From Acidobacteriota bacterium (GTDB lineage Bacteria > Acidobacteriota > UBA6911 > RPQK01 > JAJDTT01), in the NCBI GenBank assembly GCA_965217775.1, contig CBDCJH010000002.1:6225850-6289849 (forward strand): a stretch of 64,000 nucleotides of DNA, read 5' to 3'. The position numbers were made by a program, and so were the translations under genes. A model generated the notes under the pieces. The model was not told where the DNA came from. It did not search any database and was given only the letters and a program-made list of their open reading frames with translations. Of the stretch, positions 9,928-19,862 are shown piece after piece. Positions within the stretch are counted from its first letter, which is position 1, and each line of letters starts with the position of its first letter.

Positions 9928-10752
9928 ATGAAGGTTCTTTTTGTGGGGGACATCGTGGGCAGGCGGGGGCGCAAGGTCGTTCGCCGCATGATCCCGGCTC
10001 TCAGTCGTAAGAACGACATCGACCTGATCATTGCCAACGTCGAGAACGCCGCGGGAGGCTTCGGAATCACCCCGGCCATCGCTCGCCAGATCCTGGCCAT
10101 GGGCGTGGACGTCATGACCTCGGGCAACCACATCTGGGACAAGAAGGAAGTCCTGCAGTGCATCGATGACGAACCCAGGTTGCTGCGTCCCCAGAACTAT
10201 CCACCGGGAGTTCCGGGACGCGGGGTTCACGTGGGCGTCACCCGTCAGGGGGTTCGGTTCGGCGTCCTGAATCTACAGGGCCGTGTCTTCATGCCCAACA
10301 TCGACTGTCCCTTTCGATGCGCCGAGGCACAGGTCTCCCGGCTCCGGAAACAGACACCGGTCCTGATCGTCGATTTTCACGCCGAAGCCACCTCGGAGAA
10401 ACTGGCCCTGGGATGGGCCTTGGATGGTCGGGTTTCGGCGGTACTGGGAACTCATACCCATGTTCCCACGGCCGACTCGCGGCTGCTCCCCAAAGGGACG
10501 GCTTACGTCTCCGACGTGGGAATGACGGGCTGTTACGACTCTGTGATCGGGGTCAGTGTGGAGACGGCATTGCCCCGATTTCTGACCGCGATGCCCACGC
10601 GTTTCGCGGGGGCGACCGGATTGCCCAGACTGGCCTCGGTTCTGCTGGACATCGATGAGTCGACCGGGGTGGCGCGGTCCATCCAACGGGTCGGTCCCGA
10701 CCTCCCCACGGGTTCGACTGAGGGTTTGGCCGGGAGCCCCTCCGGCGGGTGA
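9928..10752 (+). CDS. ymdB: YmdB/TIGR00282-family metallophosphoesterase
   Basis: GDIVG, NVEN, SGNH, DFHAEATSEK, GTHTHV, DVGMTG; follows rny. Confidence 0.9.
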   Translation: MKVLFVGDIVGRRGRKVVRRMIPALSRKNDIDLIIANVENAAGGFGITPAIARQILAMGVDVMTSGNHIWDKKEVLQCIDDEPRLLRPQNYPPGVPGRGVHVGVTRQGVRFGVLNLQGRVFMPNIDCPFRCAEAQVSRLRKQTPVLIVDFHAEATSEKLALGWALDGRVSAVLGTHTHVPTADSRLLPKGTAYVSDVGMTGCYDSVIGVSVETALPRFLTAMPTRFAGATGLPRLASVLLDIDESTGVARSIQRVGPDLPTGSTEGLAGSPSGG

Positions 10753-10763
10753 GCAAGTTTTAC

Positions 10764-13583
10764 TCAGGTTCGTTCCAGAGCCTGTTTCAGGAATCGTCCG
10801 GTGTAGGATCCCTCGGTGCGGGCGATGGTCTCGGGAGTTCCCTCCGCGATCAGGTATCCTCCCCTTTCTCCTCCCTCGGGACCGAGGTCGATGACCCAGT
10901 CGGCGCTTCGGATCACGTCCATGTTGTGCTCGATGATCACGACCGTGGCCTGCTTCGAGATCAACCGATCCAGGGCTCGCAGGAGCTTCCGGATGTCGTC
11001 GAAGTGGAGCCCGGTGGTTGGCTCGTCCAGGATGAAGATCGAATCGGAGCGGGTGGATTTGGCCAGGTAGGAGGCCAGCTTGATCCGTTGCGCCTCTCCG
11101 CCGGAAAGAGTGGTGGAGGATTGGCCCAGTTTCAGGTATCCGAGGCCCACCTCTTCCAGCACCTTGAGCTTTTTCAAAAGGCGGGGATAGGATCGAAAGA
11201 ACTCCAGAGCCGCGGTCACGGTCAGGTCGAGCACCTGTGCGATATTCTTGCCCCGGTAGCCGATTTCCAGGATCGTGGACTTGTATCGCCTCCCGCGGCA
11301 TTCTTCACACGTCAGTTCCACGTCGGCCAGGAACTGCATGTTCACCGTAGAGAAGCCCGCTCCGTCACAGCCCTCGCAGCGGCCTCCCGGGATGTTGAAG
11401 GAGAAGTGGCCGGGACGGAGGTCCTGGCGTTGCGAAGCCCGCAGTGAAGCAAAGATCTGGCGGATCTCGTCGAACGCCTTGAGATAGGTGACCGGATTGG
11501 AGCGCGGCGATTTCCCGATAGGCGACTGGTCCATCAGCAGGATCTCCTCGACCTGTTCGGCGCCTTCGATGCTGTCGAAGCTTCCGATCTCGCCCTTCCA
11601 TTGGGACTTCAGTTTCTTGAGACCGGCGTAGATCACGTCTCCCACCAGGGTCGATTTCCCGGATCCTGAGACTCCCGTGATGCAGACCATCAGTCCCAGG
11701 GGCAGCCGCACGTCCAGATTCTTCAGATTGTGCTGGCGGGCTCCCCGGACGGTCACGAACCGGTCGCCGCAGGAGCGCCGGTAAAACGGCGTGGGCACCC
11801 TGCGCTCGCCGCGCAGATACTGCCCCGTCAAGGAGTTGGCGGCGGACCGCAGGGAGTCCACGCCGCCGCTGTAGACTACGTAGCCTCCATGCTCTCCGGG
11901 CCCCGGACCCAGGTCCACCACCTGATCCGCCGATTCGATCATTTCCCGTTCGTGCTCCACCACCACGATGGTGTTCCCCAGGTCCCGCAAATTCCTCAGG
12001 ATGGAGATGAGGCGCCGCGTGTCTCTGGGGTGGAGTCCCACGGAGGGTTCATCCAGCACGTAGAGGGTTCCGGTCAGGGACGAACCCAGGGCCGCAGCCA
12101 ACTGGATCCGCTGCATCTCGCCCCCGCTCAGTGTGCTGGTGATGCGATTCAGGGTCAGGTAGTCGAGCCCCACCTTCATCAGAAAATCGAGGCGTTTCCG
12201 GATCTCCCTGAGCAGGGAGTCCGCCACCGCCAGTTGACTCTCATCCAGGCGAAGTCGATGGAAAAATTCCTGGATTTCCTGAATCGGCATGGAGGTGAGT
12301 TGAGAAATGCGGCGTCCTCCCAGTTGAACGTCTCTCGCCTCCTGGCAGAGGCGTTCTCCCGAACAGTCGGCACACCGGGTGTAGCCCCGGTATCGGCTGA
12401 TCAGGATCCGGATGTGCATCTTGTACTTCTTGCGTTCCAGGTAGGCGAAAAATCCCTTGACTCCGGGAAAGCCGCCGCTTCCGTCCCAGATCCGGCGCCG
12501 GACCGCCTCGGGCAGATCCCGATAGGGGACGTCCAACGGGATTCCCTCTCGAAGCGCGTACTCCTGCAGCTTCCGGCCGAATTCTCGATGGCGCGGTTTG
12601 TTGAAAGGGTCTACGGGCCCCTCGGCCAGCGTCTTTGCCGGGTCCGGAATGATGAGGTCCGGATCCAGGGTGATGGTGCTCCCGAAGCCATGGCAGGTTC
12701 GACAGGCTCCATAGGGATTGTTGAAGGAGAAGAGCCTGGGTTCCGGAACCCGATAGGAGATCCGGCAGTACTGGCATTCGAGCCGCTGGGTGAACTCCAG
12801 TTCCCGCTCCGTGCTCCGGCCGTCCTTCGAAAGGATCGAGATCCGGGCGGCCCCTCCACCCTGGTGAAAACAGGTCTCCAGGGAATCGCTCAAACGCTGA
12901 CGGGCGCGGTCCCGTACCACCACTCGATCGACCAGAACCCGGGCCTTCGAAAGATCGGCGGCGGACGGTCCGTCCTGGACCTGGACCACCCGGAGGCGTC
13001 CCGCCGCTTCCAGCACGAGGCGATGGAATCCCTGTTTCATCAGTTGGCCGGTCAGTTCCTTGGAGGGCGCGTCGGGTTCCGGTAGCAGGATGGACCCGGT
13101 CAAGGAGAAGCAGAGATAGAGCCGAGTGCCCTCCGGCAGCCGAAGCAACTGCTGCACCACCTCCTCCACGGTGTCGCGTTTCACCTGCCGGCCGCAGCCA
13201 CGACAGACCAGAGTGCCGATTCGGGCGTAGACGAGACGGAGATGGTCGTAGATCTCGGTGACGGTGCCCACCGTCGATCTGGGGTTTCGGGAGACTGTCT
13301 TCTGCCGGATGGCGATGGCGGGACTGAGCCCCTCGATCTCCCGGACCAGGGGCTTGCGCATCCGCTCCAGGAATTGCCGCGCGTAAGCCGACAATGACTC
13401 CACGTAGCGGCGCTGACCCTCGGCATACAAGGTGTCGAACGCCAGCGAAGACTTGCCCGATCCGCTGACTCCCGTGATCACCGTGAGCCGGTTGATGGGG
13501 ATCCGAAGATCGATGTTCTTCAGGTTGTTCTGGCGTGCTCCTGCGATTCGGATCCAGGCGCCGTCATGCTCTTCGCCATTCAT
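10764..13583 (-). CDS. uvrA: Excinuclease ABC subunit A (UvrA family)
   Basis: Two GVSGSGKS Walker A motifs, LSGGE signatures, CxxC zinc fingers, FSFNNPYGAC. Confidence 0.93.
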   Translation of the reverse strand: MNGEEHDGAWIRIAGARQNNLKNIDLRIPINRLTVITGVSGSGKSSLAFDTLYAEGQRRYVESLSAYARQFLERMRKPLVREIEGLSPAIAIRQKTVSRNPRSTVGTVTEIYDHLRLVYARIGTLVCRGCGRQVKRDTVEEVVQQLLRLPEGTRLYLCFSLTGSILLPEPDAPSKELTGQLMKQGFHRLVLEAAGRLRVVQVQDGPSAADLSKARVLVDRVVVRDRARQRLSDSLETCFHQGGGAARISILSKDGRSTERELEFTQRLECQYCRISYRVPEPRLFSFNNPYGACRTCHGFGSTITLDPDLIIPDPAKTLAEGPVDPFNKPRHREFGRKLQEYALREGIPLDVPYRDLPEAVRRRIWDGSGGFPGVKGFFAYLERKKYKMHIRILISRYRGYTRCADCSGERLCQEARDVQLGGRRISQLTSMPIQEIQEFFHRLRLDESQLAVADSLLREIRKRLDFLMKVGLDYLTLNRITSTLSGGEMQRIQLAAALGSSLTGTLYVLDEPSVGLHPRDTRRLISILRNLRDLGNTIVVVEHEREMIESADQVVDLGPGPGEHGGYVVYSGGVDSLRSAANSLTGQYLRGERRVPTPFYRRSCGDRFVTVRGARQHNLKNLDVRLPLGLMVCITGVSGSGKSTLVGDVIYAGLKKLKSQWKGEIGSFDSIEGAEQVEEILLMDQSPIGKSPRSNPVTYLKAFDEIRQIFASLRASQRQDLRPGHFSFNIPGGRCEGCDGAGFSTVNMQFLADVELTCEECRGRRYKSTILEIGYRGKNIAQVLDLTVTAALEFFRSYPRLLKKLKVLEEVGLGYLKLGQSSTTLSGGEAQRIKLASYLAKSTRSDSIFILDEPTTGLHFDDIRKLLRALDRLISKQATVVIIEHNMDVIRSADWVIDLGPEGGERGGYLIAEGTPETIARTEGSYTGRFLKQALERT

Positions 13584-13687
13584 TGAAACGCACCAGTCTA
13601 TCACCGATCCGAACCAGGCATCGGGACTTGGAATTCGTGGTTGGCGATTCGGAATTCGGCCCCCTCGGCCCGTGGTATAGTGAACCC

Positions 13688-14656
13688 ATGAGAATCACTT
13701 CGGTATTTCCGAGGGCGGCTCTTCCGGCAGGCATTGTCAGGATCGAGCTCGATTCTTCGGAGAACGTTCCAGCCCGGGCCGTCGACGTGGGCGGAGCGGT
13801 TGCCTGCATCATGGGCGCCTCGCCGCGGGCGTTGACCATCCGCATCCCCGAAACCGCCGGCCACGGGATCGCGGTTCACAATCACGCCGTGGCCCGGGCG
13901 GAACTGAACGTCGGCCGCGCCATCGCTTCGGATCTCCAGCCGGTTTCCAATCCGGTGGTGGACGCTTTCGGAAACGTCTACGTGACCTACAGCGGAACTC
14001 GCGGCGAGAAGGTTCCATTCAGCGTATTCGTCGTCTACGCCGACGGCAGCAAGCACCCATTTCTGGCGGATATCGTCAACCCGACCGGCTTGGCCATCGG
14101 TCCCGACGATTACCTCTACATCAGCAGCCGCCATACCGGGTCCATATATCGATCGACGTTCGACCGCCAGGTGGAAAAATTTGCCGACGGGTTGGGTTTG
14201 GCCTCCGGTCTGGTCTTTTCCCCCGCCGGCGACCTCTATGTCGGCGACCGGAGCGGATTCATCTACAGGATCACGCAGCAGCGGGAACCCTCGGTCGTGT
14301 GTGAGTTGGAGCCGAGTGTCTCTGCCTACCATCTGGCATGGGGGCCCGATGACAGGCTCTACGTCACCGGCCCGACTCTGGCCACCCAGGACTGTGTGTA
14401 TCGCGTCTCGCCCGAGGGAGAAGCGGAGGTTTTCTTCAAGGGCGTGGGCAGACCCCAGGGTCTGGCGTTCGACGCCGGCGGAACCCTCCATATTGCCGCT
14501 TCCTACCGGGGCAGAAGGGGCCTCTTCGCCGTGGACCGGGAGGAAGCCCGCCTGGTGGTGTCCGGTCCCATGCTGGTGGGTCTTGCCTACAGTGCGGACG
14601 GACGTCTGCTCTACCTGGTGGACGGATCGCACCTGTATCAGATAGAGCTGAGTTGA
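13688..14656 (+). CDS. IPT-like plus SMP-30/NHL-type beta-propeller protein
   Basis: Repeated PxGLAxxPDxxLY blades; N-terminal ITSVFP IPT-like strand; TGGTATAGT lies 6 nt before the ATG. Confidence 0.7.
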   Translation: MRITSVFPRAALPAGIVRIELDSSENVPARAVDVGGAVACIMGASPRALTIRIPETAGHGIAVHNHAVARAELNVGRAIASDLQPVSNPVVDAFGNVYVTYSGTRGEKVPFSVFVVYADGSKHPFLADIVNPTGLAIGPDDYLYISSRHTGSIYRSTFDRQVEKFADGLGLASGLVFSPAGDLYVGDRSGFIYRITQQREPSVVCELEPSVSAYHLAWGPDDRLYVTGPTLATQDCVYRVSPEGEAEVFFKGVGRPQGLAFDAGGTLHIAASYRGRRGLFAVDREEARLVVSGPMLVGLAYSADGRLLYLVDGSHLYQIELS

Positions 14657-15795
14657 GTCGGCCCCTCCTATCTCGCCAGAACTCTTTCCGGGTCGAGCGG
14701 AAGGACCCCTGCAGCCACGCCCGTTGCGGTGTGTTGGAGACCGCTCACGGTGCGGTCGAGACCCCGGTGTTCATGCCGGTGGGAACCGCGGCCACGGTCA
14801 AGGCCATGTCCCCCGACGCCCTGGAGGAACTGGGGGTCCGGATCATCCTGGCCAACGCGTATCATCTGTACCTTCGTCCCGGCGAGGCCGTGGTGGAGAC
14901 GATGGCGGGTCTGCACCGCTACATGTCGTGGAATCGAGGCATCCTGACCGACAGTGGGGGTTACCAGGTCTTCAGCCACCGGAGGCTCAGAACCATTCGG
15001 GAGGATGGCGTCGAGTTCCGCTCCCACCTGGACGGAAGCCTCCATTTTCTGAGTCCGGAGGATGTGGTCCGGATCCAGGAGACTCTGGGCTCCGACATCG
15101 CCATGGTCCTGGATGAGTGCACGCCCTATCCCGTGAACCGGGAACGGGCTCGGAGTTCCATGGACCGGTCGATGCGTTGGGCCTGCCGTTCGAAGGACCG
15201 GCATCGGAACCGCAGGCAGCTGCTCTTCGGCATCGTACAGGGAAGCATGTATTCGGAACTTCGCCGGGAGAGTCTCGAGCGGCTCGTGGAGATGGACTTT
15301 CAGGGACTGGCGCTGGGAGGATTCAGCGTGGGCGAACCGAAGCCGCTCATGTATGACCTGGTCCAAGAGCTGGGTCCGCGGATGCCGGCGGACCTGCCCC
15401 GCTACCTGATGGGCGTGGGAACGCCTCCGGATCTCCTGTTTTGCGTCCGGCAGGGAATCGACATGTTCGATTGCGTGCTGCCGACGCGGAACGCCCGCAA
15501 CGGCACTCTATTCACTTCCCGGGGGCGCCTGAACATCAGGAACGCGACCTACCGGACCCAGGAGGATGCGTTGGACCCCGAATGCGCTTGCCGGGTCTGC
15601 CGGCGTTTCAGCCGCGCCTACCTGAGGCACCTCCACGTCTCCGGAGAGATCCTTGGCCTGGTTCTGAACACCTACCATAACGTCTACTTTTACCTTGACT
15701 TGATGCGCAAAATCCGCCAGAGTATCGCGTCCGGATCGCTCCTCGAATTGGAGAATCACTACCGGGATCAGTACCGCGCAGCAGCGCGGCGATGA
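14653..15795 (+). CDS. tgt: tRNA-guanine transglycosylase
   Basis: TPVFMPVGT, TDSGGYQV, GIVQG, MFDCVLPTRNARNG, CxCxxC...H zinc site. Confidence 0.96.
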   Translation: MSRPLLSRQNSFRVERKDPCSHARCGVLETAHGAVETPVFMPVGTAATVKAMSPDALEELGVRIILANAYHLYLRPGEAVVETMAGLHRYMSWNRGILTDSGGYQVFSHRRLRTIREDGVEFRSHLDGSLHFLSPEDVVRIQETLGSDIAMVLDECTPYPVNRERARSSMDRSMRWACRSKDRHRNRRQLLFGIVQGSMYSELRRESLERLVEMDFQGLALGGFSVGEPKPLMYDLVQELGPRMPADLPRYLMGVGTPPDLLFCVRQGIDMFDCVLPTRNARNGTLFTSRGRLNIRNATYRTQEDALDPECACRVCRRFSRAYLRHLHVSGEILGLVLNTYHNVYFYLDLMRKIRQSIASGSLLELENHYRDQYRAAARR

Positions 15796-15819
15796 ACCTT
15801 CTGAGGCAGAGAAACAACC

Positions 15820-16116
15820 ATGACGGAGTCACTCCTACTGGCCCAGCAATCCGGTTCGTCCTTTACCGGTTTCCTTCCCATCCTGCTGCTGGTGGCGATC
15901 TTCTACTTCATGCTCTACCGGCCGATGCAAAAGCGGAAGAAGAACCATGAGGAGATGATCTCCTCCCTCAAGTCCGGCAGCAGGGTGATCACCAGCGGCG
16001 GCGTTCATGGAACCGTCGTAGCCGTCAAGGACCATACGGTCATGTTGAAAGTGGCCGATCAGGTCAAGATCGAGGTGACCAAGAGCGCCATCTCCTCACG
16101 GCAACTGTCGGACTAG
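15820..16116 (+). CDS. yajC: Preprotein translocase subunit YajC
   Basis: FYFMLYRP, VITSGGVHG; lies between tgt and secD. Confidence 0.93.
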   Translation: MTESLLLAQQSGSSFTGFLPILLLVAIFYFMLYRPMQKRKKNHEEMISSLKSGSRVITSGGVHGTVVAVKDHTVMLKVADQVKIEVTKSAISSRQLSD

Positions 16117-16150
16117 CCCGTTTGACGTCTCTATTTCAAGCTGAAGCAAG

Positions 16151-17737
16151 ATGAAGAGGAAACTTCAGTACCGATTACTCTTCGCCCTGGCCGTCTTCGC
16201 GGTCAGTGTCTATTTCTTCTACCCTCCCTCCGAGAAGGTCAAGCTGGGTCTGGACCTCAAGGGTGGGATACACCTGGTGCTTCAGGTCATCATCGAGGAC
16301 GCTCTCAAGGCGGAGGCGCATCTGTTGAGGGATCGCCTGGCACGGGCGCTCGAGGAAGAGGAGGCCGTCTTCGAGGAGATCCGGGTCAATCCTCAACTGG
16401 AGATCGAGATCCTGGGGGTGCCGGATGAATCAGCCGACGCCGTCGAGGATCAACTGGACGGATATTCGGGGGGCTACAGCTACCGGACCCGGTTCAATCA
16501 GGGCCGGCAGGACTTCACTCTCGGGATCAGTTCGGCGTATCGCAAGGAGCTGGCCAACCTGACGGTCCGGCAGGCTCGGGAGACGATTCAAAACCGCGTG
16601 GATCAATACGGCGTCGCCGAGCCCACCATCACCGTCTATGGGAGTGGGGAGGTCCAGGACCAGATCATCGTCGAGCTGCCGGGAGTCGAGGATCCGGACC
16701 GGGTGATCAAACTCATCCGCAGTACGGCGAGACTGGAACTGAAGCTGGTGCATCCGGCCCGCGGCGGGCCCTTTGCGACTCGACAGGCGGCGGAAGAAGC
16801 TTTCGACGAGTCGGTGCCGGACGAGTACGAGATACTGACCTATCGGAATCCCTCCGAAATCGGGCGCCAGACGCAGTACATGGTGGTCCGCAGGGCCGCG
16901 ACCATCAGCGGCCAGCACATGAAGAACGCCCGGCGAACCCAGGACAGCTTCACCGGGCGCTGGAACGTGACCTTTTTTCTGAACTCGGAAGGGCGCCAGT
17001 TGTTTGCGCCCGCCACCGAACAGAACGTGGGCAATCCTCTGGCCATCGTTCTGGACGGGGAGATCCGGACCTTTCCCAATATCAGTGAGAAGATCGACAC
17101 GGAATCGGCCCAGATCACCGGGAACTATACGCCTGAGGAGGCAGAGGATCTGGCGCTGGTGCTTCGATCAGGCGCTCTCCCCGCCTCCATCCGGATCATC
17201 GAGAATCAGATCGTCGGACCCTCTCTGGGCATGGACTCGATTCGCAGCGGCCTGTCGGCGTCCGCATTGGGACTCCTCCTGGTGGTCGTCACTGTCCTGT
17301 TCATCTATCGCTTTTCCGGCCTCAATGCCGTGGTCTGTCTGATCTTGAATCTGGTGATCCTGGTGGGAGTCCTGGCCTACTTCAGGGCGACGCTGACACT
17401 GCCCGGCATCGCCGGAATCATCCTGACCATCGGCATGGCCATCGATGCCAACATTCTCATATTCGAGCGCATCAAGGAGGAGCTGCGCCTGGGCAAGACG
17501 GTCCGGTCGGGGGTCGAAGCGGCGTTCGGACGCGTGTTCGTCACCATTCTCGACACCAATATCACGACCTTGATCGGATCCCTGTTCCTGTTCCAATTCG
17601 GTACCGGACCCATACGTGGATTCGCAGTGACCCTTTCGGTGGGACTGGTGGCGAACATCTTCACCGCGACCTTCGTCTCCCGCACCCTGTTCGGCCTGGT
17701 TCTTCAGGGAAAACCGCGAGAGACGCTGTCGATCTGA
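16151..17737 (+). CDS. secD: Protein translocase subunit SecD
   Basis: LGLDLKGG, RVDQYGVAEP, LRSGALP, GMAIDANILIFERIKEE. Confidence 0.96.
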   Translation: MKRKLQYRLLFALAVFAVSVYFFYPPSEKVKLGLDLKGGIHLVLQVIIEDALKAEAHLLRDRLARALEEEEAVFEEIRVNPQLEIEILGVPDESADAVEDQLDGYSGGYSYRTRFNQGRQDFTLGISSAYRKELANLTVRQARETIQNRVDQYGVAEPTITVYGSGEVQDQIIVELPGVEDPDRVIKLIRSTARLELKLVHPARGGPFATRQAAEEAFDESVPDEYEILTYRNPSEIGRQTQYMVVRRAATISGQHMKNARRTQDSFTGRWNVTFFLNSEGRQLFAPATEQNVGNPLAIVLDGEIRTFPNISEKIDTESAQITGNYTPEEAEDLALVLRSGALPASIRIIENQIVGPSLGMDSIRSGLSASALGLLLVVVTVLFIYRFSGLNAVVCLILNLVILVGVLAYFRATLTLPGIAGIILTIGMAIDANILIFERIKEELRLGKTVRSGVEAAFGRVFVTILDTNITTLIGSLFLFQFGTGPIRGFAVTLSVGLVANIFTATFVSRTLFGLVLQGKPRETLSI

Positions 17738-17744
17738 GGGATCC

Positions 17745-18920
17745 ATGGACATCGTCAAAGAGCCCAAGATCGACTGGCTCGGCAAGAGGCGGCTCTTTCT
17801 GGGCGCATCCCTGCTGCTGATCCTGGCCGGGATGGCTTCCATAGTCACCAAGGGCGGGCTCAAGATGGGCGTCGATTTCGTCGGCGGCACACTGGTCTAC
17901 GCCCGCTTCAAGGGGGAGCCTTCCCTGGATCGGATCCGGGGGGCCCTGGCAGAGGGTGGGCTCCGGGCCGAGGGGGTGACCCGGTTCGACGATCCTTCCA
18001 AGAACGAAGTCCAGATCCGTCTCGCCCGCATCGAGAGTGAAGAGAGCGCCGACCTGATCTCGGAAAGCGAAAACATCTCTCTGGCACTGCGCCAGGAATA
18101 CGACTCGGATTCGGAAGGGACGGGCGGAGTGGATCTCAACAACGTCCCCCGGTCGGTACTTTCCACACGGCTCCAGGAATGGGATCCCGAAGGGTTGCAG
18201 GAGGATCCGTCGGTGACGGACCCTTCGGCCCACTACCAGGAGGTGGCTTCCCGGATCGTCGACCTCAGGACCGGCGTCGGACTGTTCCGGGACTACTCCG
18301 AATTGTCTCAGGCGGGTCTCGACCCGGATGCGTTAAAGGCGATCGAGGAGAATTCCTATCTCGGCAACTTCGTGGTGCTGAGTGTGGAAAGCGTGGGGCC
18401 CAAGGTCGGGCAGGAGATGCAGGAGAGAGCCTGGAACGCCGTCTTCTTCTCGCTGCTGGGTATCCTGGCCTACATCACGATTCGCTTCAAATTCGTGCAT
18501 GGCGTCGCGGCCATCGCAGCGTTGTTTCACGATGTTCTCATTACCGTGGGCGCGTTGTCGCTGACTGATCGGGAGTTGACCTTGACGGTGGTGGCGGCAC
18601 TGCTGACCCTGGTCGGCTATTCCATCAACGACACCATCGTCGTATTCGACCGGCTGCGGGAGAACGAGGTCCGAATGAGGCGATCAAGTTTATATGATCG
18701 CATCAACGCCAGTATCAACCAGATCCTGAACCGCACCATCATGACCTCCGGATCGACGTTCGTGGCTCTGCTTGCCCTTTTCCTTTTGGGAGGACCGGCT
18801 CTCAACAGCTTCTCTTTCGCCCTGGTCGTGGGTATAATCGTCGGAACTTACTCGTCCATCGGCGTCGCCAGCCCCATCGTTTCGGGTTGGTACAAGTTCA
18901 GGGAGTCCCGGCGTAATTGA
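17745..18920 (+). CDS. secF: Protein translocase subunit SecF with periplasmic insertion
   Basis: GVDFVGG, VGPKVG, FHDV, GYSINDTIVVFDRLREN, GTYSS; 391 aa. Confidence 0.95.
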   Translation: MDIVKEPKIDWLGKRRLFLGASLLLILAGMASIVTKGGLKMGVDFVGGTLVYARFKGEPSLDRIRGALAEGGLRAEGVTRFDDPSKNEVQIRLARIESEESADLISESENISLALRQEYDSDSEGTGGVDLNNVPRSVLSTRLQEWDPEGLQEDPSVTDPSAHYQEVASRIVDLRTGVGLFRDYSELSQAGLDPDALKAIEENSYLGNFVVLSVESVGPKVGQEMQERAWNAVFFSLLGILAYITIRFKFVHGVAAIAALFHDVLITVGALSLTDRELTLTVVAALLTLVGYSINDTIVVFDRLRENEVRMRRSSLYDRINASINQILNRTIMTSGSTFVALLALFLLGGPALNSFSFALVVGIIVGTYSSIGVASPIVSGWYKFRESRRN

Positions 18921-18945
18921 GAATGTGTTTGGGTGGATTAGACTC

Positions 18946-18974
18946 TTGACTCGCCAAAATGCGGGTAGTAGTAT
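18946..18974 (+). promoter_or_regulatory. Sigma70-type promoter of the tonB operon
   Basis: TTGACT-N17-TAGTAT. Confidence 0.6.
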
Positions 18975-19035
18975 CTCCGGCGTGTTTTCGGGGGCTTACC
19001 TTAGGATCTTCGGGGCATAGAGAGGGCGGCTGACC

Positions 19036-19794
19036 ATGTTTGATCAACTCATCGAATCTTCGGCGACTCGGCAGAGTCGAGGCAAGAGTCTCATCTTCAT
19101 GTCCCTGATGATCCACTTGGGCATTGTGGCGATCCTGATCGTGATCCCACTGATCTACTATCAGGGGCTCCCCGAGCAGGAACTCCTGACCATGTTGGCC
19201 CCGCCGCCACCACCACCCCCGCCGCCACCGCCGCCGCCGCCGCCGGCGCCCATCAAGCGGCAACGAGTCCAGGTGGTCAAGTTGGATCCATCCCAGTTCG
19301 TAGCTCCCACCGAGGTCCCCAAGGAGATACCCGTGCCCATGGATGACATCCCGGAGGTGTCCTCACTGAGCGGTATGACCGGAGGGATCCCGGGCGGTGT
19401 TCCGGGAGGCATCCCGGGTGGAATTCCGGGGGGCATGATCGGGGGAGTGATCGGCTCTCTTCCCTCGGAGGCGCCGCCGCCGCCGCCACCGCCCAAGAAG
19501 AAGAAGGAGCCGATCCGTGTCGGCGGCAACGTTCAGGCTTCGAGGCTGGTCCACCGCGTGGAGCCGGAATATCCCGAGCTGGCAAAGCGGGCGCGGGTAT
19601 CCGGGATGGTTATTCTGCAGGTCATCGTCAACGAAGGGGGCAGTGTCCAGGAGGTCAAGATTGTCCGTGGACACCCCTTGTTGAACGATTCCGCCACTCG
19701 TGCGGTGAGACAGTGGAGATATTCGCCGTATCTGCTCAACGGAGAGCCAATCCCGGTCATTGCCACCGTCACGGTGAACTTCGTCCTCAGGTGA
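19036..19794 (+). CDS. tonB: Energy transducer TonB
   Basis: N-terminal TM with SxxxH, poly-Pro and GG[IV]P repeats, C-terminal YP...AVRQWRY. Confidence 0.9.
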   Translation: MFDQLIESSATRQSRGKSLIFMSLMIHLGIVAILIVIPLIYYQGLPEQELLTMLAPPPPPPPPPPPPPPPAPIKRQRVQVVKLDPSQFVAPTEVPKEIPVPMDDIPEVSSLSGMTGGIPGGVPGGIPGGIPGGMIGGVIGSLPSEAPPPPPPPKKKKEPIRVGGNVQASRLVHRVEPEYPELAKRARVSGMVILQVIVNEGGSVQEVKIVRGHPLLNDSATRAVRQWRYSPYLLNGEPIPVIATVTVNFVLR

Positions 19795-19862
19795 GGACGT
19801 TGTCTTGAGATCGCTTCGGCGCGAAATCGCAGTTCATTCAGGTTATTGGGGAGGATAGAAGG

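Noticed and set aside
19198-19495. CCG-rich and 12-bp repeats in tonB
   Set aside because: They encode the normal poly-Pro and GG[IV]P linker of TonB.
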